64,000 nt of DNA from Octopus vulgaris. Taxonomy: Eukaryota. Positions 1 through 12,590 of the stretch are shown here, piece after piece. The notes below the pieces were generated by a model. It was not told the DNA's origin. It saw only the letters and a list, made by a program, of their open reading frames with translations, and searched no databases. The stretch lies in the NCBI GenBank assembly GCA_951406725.2, contig OX597830.1, positions 41,106,001 through 41,170,000 on the forward strand. Direction: 5' to 3'. Every line of letters starts with the position of its first letter. Position 1 is the stretch's first letter. The translations under genes and the position numbers were made by a program.

Positions 1-274
1 TTTCTTCATAATATGGTTAGCAACACAAGTCTCCACACTTTATTTATTCATTTATTTATTTATCTATCTATTTATTTATTTATTGCTATTTGCCAAGCAG
101 TTCAATTGATCTGAATTAACTCTCTACAAACCACCCAACCATTTTTTCTTCTCCATCTATTAAAACTCCTCCTCTACCAAATTTTCTCTCATCTGTCTAC
201 TTAGTATGTCTGTCAATTTAATTACCCCCTTCCCCTGCCATCTCATTCTCACTCTTTTTTTCTGACTTTCTCCC

Positions 275-311
<37 letters not shown>

Positions 312-312
312 A

Positions 313-538
313 CGTCTATCATATTGACTGTTTTCTGTCTCTCTTTCTCTTTCTCTCTCTCCTTCCCTCCTTCTCTCTCTGTCTATCATATTGACTATTT
401 TCTGTCTCTCTCTTTCTCTTCCTCTCTCTCTCTCTCTCTCTCTCTGTCTATCATATTGACTGTTTCCTGTCTCTCTCTCTCTTTCTCTCTCTATCTCCTC
501 CTTTCTGTCTATCTATTGTATTGACTATTTTACTGTCT
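313..538. repeat. Degenerate minisatellite, about 4 copies of a 60-67 bp unit (GTCTATCATATTGACTRTTTTCTGTC plus CT tract)
   Basis: Core recurs near 313, 380, 445 and 506, separated by (CT)n-rich spacers. Confidence 0.85.
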
Positions 539-1259
539 TCTCGTTTGTCCACTTCATCTGTCTGTTGTTGTATTTTGGAATAGTTCCACTCTTCTTCGCT
601 TTCATCTATGCAGTTTTAATCTATTTCTTCTAACATGTCTATCTTCTTATTTCTGTCTCATGTATTTTTTTTCTCCTTTCTTTTCTTTTCGTTAGCTATT
701 ATTATTCAATAAATCAATACTAAACTATCTTTCTTAATTTAAGCGATGAAGGCGATGGTATTTATCAAATCTATCTCCTCCATACAATTATTTTCAATTC
801 TTCTTTGAGCATATCTTCTTTGCCCCCTTTCATAACCTTTCCTTTCTCATCTCATGATACATTCATTGTTTTGTAGTTGTTATTGTTTTCTTACTTTTAC
901 TCCCATAATTTTTTTTGTTTGTTTCTTATGTGTTTTTATATTTTTTTGATTCTCGGTTATTCACTTATCATGGCTTTAAAACTTTTCTTTTGTCCATTAT
1001 TACAGTCTGACTAGTATATGCATATATATATTCTATTATTAGAAAACGTAGCATTTTCCCACCATTCTTGCAAAAAGTGTCATGTTTTTTCATGGCTGCA
1101 GTCTTTTAATGCTCACCACTTCCAACGTCGCCAAGTGTGACGTATGCCCATTATGATACTGTTTTGAATCTATGCAGATTGCATGTGTATGTGTGTGAAT
1201 GCTTGCTTATTGTTGATGTTATTGATGATGTTAGTATCATCATCATCATCATCATCATC

Positions 1260-1448
1260 ATCGTTAGCATCATTATTTTTATTTGACTTTGCTTTTCATT
1301 CTTTCGGGGTTGATAAATTAAATACCAGTGAAATACTGGGGGTTGATGTAATTGACTAGTCCTCCTCCGCCCCCAAATTTCAAGCCTTGTGACTTTAGTA
1401 GAAAGGATGATAATAACAACAATAATAATAATAATAATAATAATAATA

Positions 1449-1498
<50 letters not shown>

Positions 1499-1510
1499 TA
1501 TTATTATAAT
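1260..1510 (+). mobile_element. Family A tRNA-derived SINE (internally deleted) followed by (AAT)n/(TAT)n
   Basis: GACTTTGCTTTTCATTCTTTCGGGGTTGATAAATTAAATACCAG central block and GCCTTGTG...AGTAGAAAGG tail shared with the 9738, 19708 and 52497 copies. Confidence 0.8.
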
Positions 1511-2262
1511 TAGTGTAATTTTATCTGCAACATCTGCAAGCTTTATTTCCCCTTATTGAAATCTACTGCACTTGTTTTCTAGACAATATATATTAATATG
1601 AAAGTGTCATAATATCCATTTTGTGCTTGACAAAATATGCTACCAAATAGATTAAATGTAAACTTTCTTGTTACCACGATAACCTGGAACTGCTGTCTTA
1701 AATTCACATTATTGAAAAACAGTGAAAAACATTAAATGAAACCTTTGAACATCTTAGAACACATCTTTAGACACTAGATTGATGTCCCATCATCATTATT
1801 CCATCATCACCATCAGTGGGTTTTTTTTTTTTCCCCATTCATTATGTTTTTTTTTTTAGTGTCATGGATTGATTTTTCTGTGGTTTATTTAGTAAGTCTT
1901 GGCGTCTCTTGATCTTCTTATCTCTTCAAGTAAAGTGAGACATAATTGTTCTCAAGTCTTACTCAGCTGCTTCATTTTATTTATGTATTATTATAATCAT
2001 ATTTTATTCTAATATATTCATATTTCCATTTATACCAGTATGGTATATCAGCCAATGTTCTTAATAATTCTTCTACTTTCTCAAATTACCTATGTTCAGC
2101 CACTTCCATCAGCATGCTTTTTTTTGTTTTTTTTTTAAATCATGAGGGCAAGTAGTGTCCATGACTCTCCACAGAGCCTCTAAAATATATGTGAGGCAGG
2201 AAAAATCCTCAAATCTGACCTTGAATACTGACAATAGATTGGTCTCTGCTTAAGGCACTTAA

Positions 2263-2483
2263 CCCTTTTTGTTACCATATTTCTGTTGAAATTCACTGCT
2301 TTTGCTTCAATTAATTTTGAAAATAATGAAGAATATAGCAAAAAATATATTTTCCTTATTATGTTGGTTTTTAAAACAAATTAACATGAAATATTGATTG
2401 AAAGTTTTAATTTAGGTCACTTTAAAAGAAGAATCTGTGTCACAGAAGCAGGAGCTGTTTCAGGTGGGTTGGTATCAAAAAAG
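2263..2483. mobile_element. piggyBac-type MITE, family 1
   Basis: TTAA|CCCTTTTTGTTACC left end and GGTATCAAAAAAG|TTCA degenerate right end; interior similar to 58098-58319 and 63295-63488. Confidence 0.75.
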
Positions 2484-2617
2484 TTCAAGGGACCGATGGT
2501 GGTGCTGAATCAGACAACAGAGTCTGCTGCACATTTAACATATCTATTTCATTCCCCTCTAATCAGTACAGCTCTTCCTCTCTTAAGTTTTTAAATATTT
2601 TTTTTTTGTTATGAACT

Positions 2618-2795
2618 CTGAAAGGATGAAAGGCAAAGTAAATCTGGTGGAATTTGATCTCAAATTCCGCCAAGGTTGACTTTTCCTTTCATCCTTTCAG
2701 TGACAATAAAATAAGTACCAGTTGAAATCTGGGGTTAATGCAATCAATTTATTTTCTTTGCCAAAATTGCTGGCCTTGTGCTAAAACTTGAAATC
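2618..2795. mobile_element. Two family A SINE fragments fused head to head (foldback at 2618-2700)
   Basis: CTGAAAGGATGAAAGGCAAAGTAAATCTGGTGGAATTTGA-TC-TCAAATTCCGCCAAGGTTGACTTTTCCTTTCATCCTTTCAG is an imperfect palindrome; the right arm continues as a normal SINE body. Confidence 0.8.
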
Positions 2796-3109
2796 AGTAA
2801 ACCTTTGTACGCACATTCTCAAATAGGTGTGGAAATTCTTTAAAGAAGTCATCCAATAGAGGCAACCACTATTCAAATACTTCCTCTCTCTCTCTCTCTC
2901 TCTCTCTCAAATACTAGCGTCTTTGCTGTCACAATCTTTACCTCCAGTATTTGATATATTCTTAGATCTTATCTATTATTTCCCTAAATCATCAGAGACA
3001 TCAACAACATGTAAATGTTGTCTCATATTGTTTAACTACTCCACTCTGTTTGTGTCATCTATAGTCTCAGTTCCTTATTATTTTCTGCTCTTGCAGTTTG
3101 CAAATGTAA

Positions 3110-3360
3110 AGGCACATGGCCTTATGGTTAGGGTGTTGCACTCATGACTACAAGATCATGGTTTCAATTTCTTGACTGGGTTGTGTCCTTGCACAAAACA
3201 CTTCATTTCATGTTGCTCAAATCCAGCCCACTTAGCTGTAAATGAGTAACCCTGCAATGGACTAGCATCCCATCCAGGGAGAGTGTTGTGGTCTCAGTTG
3301 CTTATACATCACGGAAACTGAGTAATCAGCTCTTTGAGTTCTGGGACTCAAAACAGTTAT
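3110..3360 (+). mobile_element. Family C-related tRNA/CORE-like SINE
   Basis: GGCACATGGCCTTATGGTTAGGGTG head and TTGTGTCCTTGCACAAAACACTTCATTTCATGTTGCTC...CACTTAGCTGTAAATG core; similar copy at about 31687-31850. Confidence 0.7.
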
Positions 3361-3832
3361 ATCCAAAGGTTGATGATGATGATAACAATGATGATGATGA
3401 CTTTTTTTGTGTTGATTATAGCAATTAAACTCTACGCACACATGTTGCTAGGCTTCTGTGAATCTTTCCTATTTTAATTTTGGTTGTTTGCTGCCAAGAC
3501 TTAGATTAAGAAGTTTGCTTTGCAATTGTGTGGTTTCAAGTTCAGTCCCATTATACTGCATTTGGGACAAGTGCCTTCTACTACAGCCCCATTCCAACTA
3601 ATGTCTTGTGAGTGAATTTCGTAGATAGAAACTGTGTGGAAGCCTGTCATGTGTGTGTGTGTGTGCATGTTTTTTTATTTTTGTCCTGGCCACTGCTTGA
3701 CAACTTGTGTTGGTTTGTTTACATCTTCATAACTCAACAGTCCAGCACAAGGTGCTCATAGAATAAGTACCAGAATTTTAAAAACATAAGTACTGGTGGA
3801 GGCAGGGGTGTGTGTGATTTGTTTGACTAAAT

Positions 3833-4418
3833 CAGGGGTTCTCTAACGGGATCCATATGGCTCTTGGGGGTCCACATAAGATTTTGTTGTTAAAATTTGT
3901 GTACAATAATCAGGTTATACTTCTACAATACACAAAATATTCAAATTTTCTTATACAATTCCTAATAATATTTAATTGCATGGTTCAGTGGGTAGACTGT
4001 TGGGCTCACAATTATGAGGTAGTGAGTTCAGTTCCTGGACAAGCATTGTGTTATGTTCTTGAACAAGACACTTTATTTCACGTTGCTCCAGTTCACTCAG
4101 CTGTAGAAATGGGTTGCAATGTTACTGGTGCCAAGCTATATCAGTCTTTGCCTTTCCCTTGGATAACATCAGTGGTGTGGAGAGTTGGAGGCTGGTATGC
4201 ACGGGCAACTGTTGGTCTTCCACAAACAACCTTGCCCAGACTTGTACCCCAGAGGAGAACTTTCTAGGTGCAATCCCATGGTCGTTCATGACTGAAGGGA
4301 GTCTTTGTAGAAATACACTAGGATTTTTTTTACATTTACACCAAATGGCTATGAGGTTCCAGTTCAGTAAAATAGGAATCAAAAAGACCAATAGGTAAAA
4401 AATGGTTGAAGACTTCTG
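3833..4418. mobile_element. hAT-type MITE carrying a nested SINE
   Basis: Ends CAGGGGTTCTC...GAAGACTTCTG; 8-bp flanks GACTAAAT and GGCTAAAC (6/8 match). Confidence 0.65.
3978..4306 (+). mobile_element. Family C tRNA-derived SINE, near full length
   Basis: A-box TGGTTCAGTGG, B-box-like GAGTTCAGTTCC, core TTCTTGAACAAGACACTTTATTTCACGTTGCTCCAGTTCACTCAGCTGTAG; reverse-complement copy at 7879-8212. Confidence 0.85.
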
Positions 4419-4631
4419 GGCTAAACTGTTCTAAGTGGTGTTCCAGCATAGCTGCAAACAAGTAAAAGAATAAAATGTTTATTCAGTTGAAGTGTAAATT
4501 TATATTTCTTTCTTTGTACTTTTTTTCTTTTTTAAATTCTAAATTAGATTTTCTGAATTGTTTGTCTGTCGCATAAATATCTTCAATGAGATTATTCAGG
4601 CCTCCAACAGGTCAGAAACACCCGTAATTTT

Positions 4632-4809
4632 GATTTCAAATTTTGGCCAACGATTTCAGAGGAGGGGGAAAATCAGTTACATTAACCTTAGTACTCAACA
4701 GGTACTTAGTTTATCAACCCCAAAAGGACAAAAGGCAAAGTTGACCTTGGCAGAATCTGAACTCAGAATATAAAGACAGATGGAAAGCCGCTAAAGATTC
4801 TGCTGGCTC
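4632..4809 (-). mobile_element. Family A SINE
   Basis: Reverse complement of the family A central block (AAAGGCAAAGTTGACCTTGGCAGAATCTGAACTCAGAA). Confidence 0.75.
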
Positions 4810-4829
4810 ATTTCTTAGAAACATCCATA

Positions 4830-5750
4830 ATATTGCTCTTTCGGTGTCGTCTTACTGTAAATTACAACTCCTATATTTCTCCCCTCTTTCATTCCACACT
4901 TACCTTAGACCTTTTTATTCCTGACTATCGCAAACAATATACCAGCTTAAGGACCATCTTTATTATTTATAATCTCATAGCCATTGCTATATTTCTTGCA
5001 AACAACACCTGGTGTCTGTTATTCCAATTTATTAGCTTTCTCAAGTTTGATCTCACTTACCAGCATTTAATCACTTCTCTCGGTTACTTTCAGACTATCT
5101 TATTTGTTCAATTTCACTGGAAATCTTTAATCTGAAATCTCACAGATTTTCCATCTTTCTTGTATGGTTTTAACCTAGAGAACTAGCAGTTCTTGGAAAT
5201 TTTAATTTGTTTCCTTGAATAAATTCTTTGAACTATAGTATTCTTTTGCATCAAATAATGGTGAAGTATTCCAGGGCAAAAGTACTAAATTCTTGTGATG
5301 ATAGTTTGTTCAAAGGAAGTGGTTGGAGAATAGTGTTGCCTTGACAACTTAATGAGAGTTTCTGTATCAATTATAGGAAGTAGGTAGGAGTTTAAGAAAC
5401 AAATGCTTTTGTTGATGACAGACTGGTTCCCCTGTCTATAGAAATGATTGGTTTAGTGGTGTGATGTCTAAAATGTGAAGAATTCTTGTCAAGTATGTTA
5501 AAAAAGACTAACAAGGACAGAAGAATTTAAGACTTATCTGCTACATATCTATAATATTGATTTCTTTGGACTAGTTAAAAGGCCATAATCTTTATATTTA
5601 GAAATAAGTTCTTTGAATTTATTTGTACCATATTCCTTGCAATTATATTACCTGTAATTACCCTCCAGGCATTTCTTTTAATTACTGTCAGATCTTGCCA
5701 AATGGAAGCAGTTTGCAAGTCATTGTTCTTTTTTCTCTTTTTCATATCAC
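4830..5750 (-). mobile_element. Highly decayed Penelope-like RT/GIY-YIG remnant
   Basis: Minus-strand fragments in expected order: YYRYVAD (5536-5556, cf. PLE RYVDD motif), FNILD, (W)YRN cf. WYRKP, TPGVV cf. GVVY. Many stops and frameshifts. Confidence 0.4.
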
Positions 5751-7208
5751 AGTATGAAGGCTTATGCAACTAAAGTGTCCAATATTGGTGGAGCAAAATC
5801 AATAGAATAAGCCCCAGTATGTTGCTAGTCCTTATTTTATTAATTAAGGAGGGCAGAAAGGCAAAAATAAACCATGGCTGAATTTGAACTCAAAGTATAG
5901 ACAGACAGAACCTATAATATGGAAAAGCTCAATGATTTGGTTATTTGTTATTTTTGTCCAATTTCAACACCATTATACTAGATCTGTGATTGTAAAGACT
6001 GAGTATAAATTCAACCAAAAAATAGTAGTTGAATATTTCAGTAGTCTGTCATTGCATATAAGAAGTAGCCATGTTGATTTGAATGTTATGATTATAAATA
6101 TGTAATATATTTTTAAAAAATGATGAGCTGCTGCCAGTTGCTGCTCTTACAGCAATTTACTTTCATGCCTTAGATTAACAACACTCACCATTTACTTCTG
6201 TGAGTTTACTTCAAAAAGTTTGATTCGGTTGGAATAAATTAAACTTCCTTTGAAATAACAGTTATATAGATTAGATAAGAAATGTTCAATTGAAGACAAA
6301 ATAGAGCTAATTGTACATGAGGTGGGGAAGTAAACTTGCTTAGATTAGACGAGATCAAAAACAGTTGGCGTTTGCTAAAGAATTGACCAAAGGATACAAG
6401 CAACTACATAATTACAATACTGTTGAAATTTCCTTCCCTTTCTTTTAAACAATAAGTTAGTCCATGGGGACTCTGTTTTGTTTCCTTTCTTTTGTTGACG
6501 GTGGTGGTGAGGCCAACATTTGTCCATGGTTTTTGTAGTATTAACAAGATGAGAGATATTTATCTCTTGGTCTGGGCAATTATTACTGTGTCAATCAATG
6601 CCATCTTGTACAGACAATTATTTAAGAGTCCAGCTGTGGAAGCAAATAGATAAAAACATTTTCCTAGTGAAATGTTCTTAGTCATTGTTTACTAGTTTCT
6701 GTTAGGCAGACTGAGCTATTGAGTCTGTAGTGTTGTTCTCAAGGATGCAATATACTTGTAAGAAACATTGTCAGCCTCTTGAGACAGACAGACAGACTGA
6801 TTGCTCACTATCAAGTCAGTCACCTTCAATTCTAATGATTATCATAATTATCATCATCAACATCACTATTGTTGTCATTTTAATCATCACCACCATCATT
6901 GTTTTTATGGTTACTTTTTCAATGCTCACCTGGGTTGAAGAAAACTTATTGAAGCAGTGTTGTTTGGCCGGAGGTGCTTCCAGTCACCAGCCTTTGTCTT
7001 TCTTTCTTTCTTTCTTTTCCAAGTAAATTATGCTTATTCCAATGGTCTTCACAGGACAAAACCCACCCAAACTGTCAAATTCCAGGACTCATATTGTTTA
7101 CAAGAGATGTGTGCATGACATCACCTTTGCACAATTTGTATCAATGCAAAGACATGCAGGTCTAAACACTCTTGCAGATGTGTGACACACACAAAGACAT
7201 GCGCACAT

Positions 7209-7209
<1 letters not shown>

Positions 7210-7280
<71 letters not shown>
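7210..7280. repeat. (CA)n microsatellite, representative of many (CA/TG)n, (TA)n, (CT/GA)n, (TAT)n, (CAT)n and (TATC)n tracts
   Basis: Directly visible. Confidence 0.98.
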
Positions 7281-7282
<2 letters not shown>

Positions 7283-7703
7283 GAGGCTATAGTAGAAGCT
7301 TGTCCAAGGGGCTACACAGATGGATTGAACCTGAAACTGCATGGTTGCTAAGTGGATTTCACTACCATTGCCATATCTTTATCCATAAATAAATTAATTT
7401 TCGTTTTACAGTGAAATTATTTGATTTTCTTCTTTATTTTAAGTCATACTGTCTTACATTGTTGCTTTATTTTTATATATTGTATTTGTCTTGGATTTGT
7501 GACACACTTTACTTTGTTTGGAATTTTCTTTAATCACCTTCAGGTGATATTCCTTATGAATAATATCTGCTGAAAGTGATTGGAGAGAATATCAACTGAA
7601 ATTTCATGTCAAAAATACATCCAGAACAAAAAAAGACAAAAAACTACATCCTCCAAAACTATTCTTCAGCAGAATATCAGAAAAAAAGTAATAATTGATA
7701 AGT

Positions 7704-8460
7704 GCAGGTGTGGCTGTGTGGTAAGAAGTTTGTTTCCCAACGACATGATTCCAGGTTCACTCCCACTGTGTGGCACCTTGGGGAAGTGTCTACTACTATA
7801 GCTCTGGGCTGACAAAAGCCTTACGAATGAATTTGGTTGATGGAAACTGAAAGAAGCCCACCATATATGTACATATATAAAGGATAACGGCCCCCCTTGG
7901 TCATGAATGACTGTGGGATTGCACCCAGAAAGTTTCCCTTTGAGGCACAAATCTGGGTAAGGTTGTTTGTGGAAGACCAGCAGTTGCCCATGCGTACCAG
8001 CCTCTCTCCTCTCTATTGATGTTATCCTAGGGAAAGGCAAGGGCCAATACAACTTGGCACCATTCATGCCACAACTCATCTCTACAGCAGAGTGAACTGG
8101 AGCATTGCAAAATAAAGTGTCTTGCTCAAAAACACAATACACAGCCCAGTCCGGGAGTTGAACACATTACCTCATGATTGTGAGACCAACATTGTAACTG
8201 CTGAGCCATGTGTGTATGCATTGTGTGTGTGTTTATGTATGTGCATGCTTCTTTGTTTGTATTTGTCACTCATAACTGCTTGACAATCAGTGTTGTTTTG
8301 TTTATGTCCCTGTAACTTAGCAGTTCATCATAAGAGACCAATAGAATAAGTATCAAGCTTAAAAAGAAAAAGAAAAGTAACTGGGGTCAATTTGTTTGGT
8401 TAAATACTTCAGAGCTGTGCCTCAGCATGGCCACAGTCTAATAACTGAAAGAAGTGAGAG
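7704..8460 (+). mobile_element. Family B CORE-type SINE interrupted by a family C SINE
   Basis: GCAGGTGTGGCTGTGTGGTAAGAAG head and GGCACCTTGGGGAAGTGTCT core; 3' half resumes after 8212. Confidence 0.85.
7879..8212 (-). mobile_element. Family C SINE nested in a family B SINE
   Basis: Reverse complement of 3978-4306 over its whole length. Confidence 0.85.
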
Positions 8461-8483
8461 ATATTTCTCTCTTTATAATAGAC

Positions 8484-8750
8484 CAGTGGTTCTCAAACTT
8501 TTCCAGGTCACCGCCCCCTTGGTTCTAAGGCCACATTCCTAGTGTCCCTCCCTCCCTGACACCATCACAGACAGACCATTTTCTGCAGCAAATTCAAAAC
8601 AACAATATTTCACAAATAATACTTAACCTAATTAACCCATTATTTTTTTTTTTTTACATCCATTGCCCTGTTTTGGTCACCCCATTATTACCCCATTTTT
8701 CTTCAACTGCCCCCAGCGGGGTGCAGTACCACCCAGTTCGGGAACCACTG
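8484..8750. mobile_element. hAT (Charlie-like) MITE
   Basis: TIRs CAGTGGTTCTCAAAC and GTTCGGGAACCACTG; 8-bp flanks TAATAGAC and CTATAGAC. Confidence 0.8.
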
Positions 8751-9406
8751 CTATAGACCATCTCCCATCAAGCTCATCATCATAAGATACCATCCAATGT
8801 TTTAATAGCATTTGACATTCAACAAGTTGTATTCCTGATCAGCTTACAACCATACACTAACAATTTATTGTATTTTGTTTTCTTTGGTTTTATTTACTGA
8901 ATTATTCCTTACCATTTTTTCTTTTCATATTTTTTTGATCTCAGCTTTTTTTATTCCTCCTAAATATCACTATTCATCATATTTTCCATTATGTTTATCT
9001 CTTTTTCTTTCTTGCTTTTTTCTGTATTTTCTGGGAGTAAGGGATGGGGTTGAGGGGGGGGATACTTTGCAGTATTTCTTTTAATTCATAATACTCTGAG
9101 TTCAAATTCCACCAGGATCAGCTTTGTCTTTCATCCCTTTGGTGTCAATAAAATAAAGTACTTGCCAAGTGCTGGGTTTGATGGCATTGATTAACTTCAT
9201 CTTGTCATAATGGCTGGTTTTGTGCCAAAATTTGAAACCAGGTATGTGTTAGCAACAGGAGGGGCATCCAACAAATTCTTTCTGATTCTTGCAAGAATGG
9301 AAAAATGGACAACCCACCAGTTGTTTGTGACATCATTTACTGTTTAGCCTGTGTTACACTATATTGGTTTGACTGATTTTTGATCTGGCATTCAGTGTTT
9401 CGTTGT

Positions 9407-9454
9407 CTGATGCTGATGAGCTACAATTGACAGTGAAATCACCTGATACAACAG
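9407..9454 (+). ncRNA. Candidate type I hammerhead ribozyme, copy 1
   Basis: Helix I CTGATG/CAACAG (5 of 6 bp), core CTGATGA (9413-9419), stem II GCT/AGT, GAAA (9435-9438), stem III TCA-CC-TGA, cleavage triplet ATA ending at 9448. Confidence 0.55.
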
Positions 9455-9519
9455 TGCCATCTGCTGGTGCTGATGAAATTTTGTCAACTGATGTTTTCTG
9501 TGTCTTTAGCATTTGTCAT

Positions 9520-9567
9520 CTGATGCTGATGAGCTACAATTGACAGTGAAATCACCTGATACAACAG
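9520..9567 (+). ncRNA. Candidate type I hammerhead ribozyme, copy 2
   Basis: Identical to copy 1; predicted cleavage after 9561. Confidence 0.55.
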
Positions 9568-9737
9568 TGCCATCTGCTGGTGCTGATGAAATTTTGTCAA
9601 CTGATGTTTTCTGTGTCTTTAGCATTTGTCATCTACACACGAGTTTTTGGGATGTTTACCACAGACTACAACATTGTAAACAACACATCCAAATTTGGTT
9701 GGATGTGTTAATGTATTATTATTATTATCATTATTAT

Positions 9738-9967
9738 GGCAGCGAATTGGCAGAATCATTAGCATGCTGGGCAACATGCTGAGGTGCCTTTTGTCAATCT
9801 TTACACTCTGAGTTCAAATTCCACTGAGGTTGACTTTGCCTCACATCCTTTCAGAGTCAATAAATTTAATACCAGTGAAACACAGGGGCTCAATGTAATC
9901 GACTAGTCCTCTACCCCCAAATTTCAGGCCTTGTGCCTTTAGTAGAAAGGATTATTATTATTATTAT
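9738..9967 (+). mobile_element. Family A SINE, full length with (ATT)n tail
   Basis: GGCAGCGAATTGGCAGAATCATTAGCA head, B-box GAGTTCAAATTCC, Meta-like GCCTCACATCCTTTCAGAGTCAATAAA block; flanked by (TAT)n. Confidence 0.88.
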
Positions 9968-10498
9968 CATTGTTGTTTTTTTGTTTTTTTTTAATTTGAA
10001 AATTTACCCTGCTAGCAGAAACTATTGTTGTAAATTGATATTAATGACACTACTTTTCTCTATTTTATCTGATCAATAAACAACTGTACTCTTCCCAGCC
10101 ATGAATTTTCATAATATCTTCCTCACAATCTGACCTCTCTTCCACTTTCACCCACCTTCATATTAATAAACACCAGTCTCCATAGCACACAACTGCTGGC
10201 CTTCTTGCCTCTCTGCCTGCTTGTCTGTCTTTACTTCTTTTGAGTTAAATAAAAAGAAAATGAAGGCAGAATAAAATGAAATAAAAATTTAAAATAAAAT
10301 ATAATGAACTGAATTCAGTAAAAAAAAAAAGGAACTAAAAGAAATAGAAGAGCAAAAGAAAAAGACGTCCCCCCCCCCCCCATTTTTATCATCACCTTTA
10401 CTAAATTCACACTTGCTAATTGTTTCTATAATGCCAAGTTGGCTTTCTGATAAAGTAAAATCATTTAATTTACTGTAAATCCTGAATATTGAAAGTGG

Positions 10499-10554
<56 letters not shown>

Positions 10555-11347
10555 AAGCGGGATATGCACATACATTTGTACACAAATATGCATGTATGTA
10601 CATGTCTACATATATATATACCTATATATATATGTGTGTGTGTGTATGTGTGTGTGTACGTACATACATACACATGCATGTGTAACATATATATAAATAC
10701 ATAAATATGCACACACACAAACACACACACATATGTGTATGTTTGTTTATGACACACACACACACACACACATGTATACTGGTAGAGGGAAGAGGGGAGA
10801 GAGAGGGTGACAGACAGACTGAACTCAGTAAGAAACTAATGATTGATGCACTTAATTTCTACCTAAGCATTTTGAGTTTTTGTGTCTTTTGTTTTGTTTT
10901 TGTCATTGTTCTTGTTTTTTTTTACTGCTTTAGCTTTAGAGAAATAATGAGTTTTTACCAGATTAAATGATTCTTAGTTGGCTTTATAGGACATCTGACA
11001 TTTTTTCTGTAAGTATTTCTCAAGTGGTTCGGATAATTCCGATTTTATATAGCTTTTGAATATATTCTTTCTTTTTAATCCTGATCTGAAATCTATTTAT
11101 TTATTTATTATTATTATACTTTTATTTTTATTGTATTTTTTATTATTTCACTTTTATTTTTATTTGAAACCTTAGTTTATACTGAGAACAAATTTTATAG
11201 TCCATGCCTGAATCCAGCTGTATAACGTTTAATCCAAATACAATATTGTCAAAACACAACAGTTCCAGTGCTCACACACACACACGTGCACATAACACAT
11301 GCATGTTTGTAAGTAACTTTATAAACACCAAACACACAAGCCAACAA

Positions 11348-11410
<63 letters not shown>

Positions 11411-11499
11411 ATATATATATATATATACATATATACATGTATATGTATATATATGTATATACATTTATATAATATATATGTATGTATATATGTATATAT

Positions 11500-11544
<45 letters not shown>

Positions 11545-12590
11545 GTTTATGTAGATGTATGTATATATATATATATTTATATAATTATATATATATATTT
11601 ATGTATACATATATATATATACACACACACACATACACATGGAGGATTTGAATGGGCCTGTTTACAATTAAACTGTAGATATTTGTATTTCAACTATATT
11701 CTTTTACATATTTTCAGAAATGTGTAGATGTGTGTCAGTAAATAGGTGTGTGTGTGTGTGTGTGTGTGTGTAACTTAGGTGTGTGTGCTTGTTTGCATTG
11801 AAAGCGAGACCTTCATATGAACTACATCCACCTGAAAAATGCTTTTCTTATGAAATTTTGTCATAGCAGTGTTGTAATATTTACCTGCAATTCTTATGTG
11901 TGTTATCAGTTTTATCGTTGTATTTCCATTCACACATGTACACATACATACATACGTACACACACATGCTCACACACAAGTTTATCCATGCCTCTATATG
12001 GATGTGGAGATACTTTTATGCATATATCTACACGGCCGCCTGTACGTATATATACTATACACATGCACACAGTTGCATGTATACAAATGCTAGTGCAAAA
12101 GAGATAGTATAAGGGCCATGGAAGTAGATGAAGGTGAAATCAAAAAGTGTGAAATAAAGAACAAAAGGAGAAAAAGAGAAAATAAACTGCGCAAAATAAA
12201 ATAAAAGAAAATGAATCTGTAGTTTTTTTGGGGGGGTGGGGAGGTAGAAATGTCCAGCTTTGTTGTTGCACTGGTGGATAAAAAAAAGTTCAGCAGTGAG
12301 TTGTATTAATATCATATGTGACATAGTATGTTGTTTGCTTTGGAGGTGATGATGGTGTGGGTTCCAGTATCATAGCAAATGCTTCTTGAAATGTTTATAT
12401 TTGTCAGAAAACTCAGATCTCTGTTAGTTTGATATATTTTAGATGTGTGTTTAGACTGGAGGAAGAGGCTTTCCTCTGCTGTGCTGATGTTACATTATTT
12501 AGTTTCGAATTTGTGTATGGGAAAGAGAGCGTGTGTGTGTTAAAGTATACCTGACGGTTTCTTTTGCGTTTCAATTTACATGGTAACCAA

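Larger units (their letters stand above)
3490..4475 (+). mobile_element. Family B CORE-type SINE split by a nested hAT MITE
   Basis: Family B body runs to GATTTGTTTGACTAAAT (3832) and resumes at 4419 with GGCTAAAC...GTGGTGTTCCAGCATAGCTGC...AAACAAGTAAAAG. Confidence 0.75.
9406..9634 (+). repeat. Perfect tandem duplication, 113-bp unit x2
   Basis: 9406-9518 is identical to 9519-9631 by inspection. Confidence 0.95.

Noticed and set aside
2965-3000. Minus-strand TCT-CTGATGA-TTTAGG-GAAA...ATA-AGA hammerhead-like string
   Set aside because: No viable stem II and no supporting context; likely chance.
3857-4398. 136-aa and overlapping ORFs; also 7666-8142
   Set aside because: They run through SINE and MITE sequence with no protein features.
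9738-9830. tRNA genes at SINE heads
   Set aside because: A/B boxes are present but they run into SINE bodies and form no full cloverleaf.
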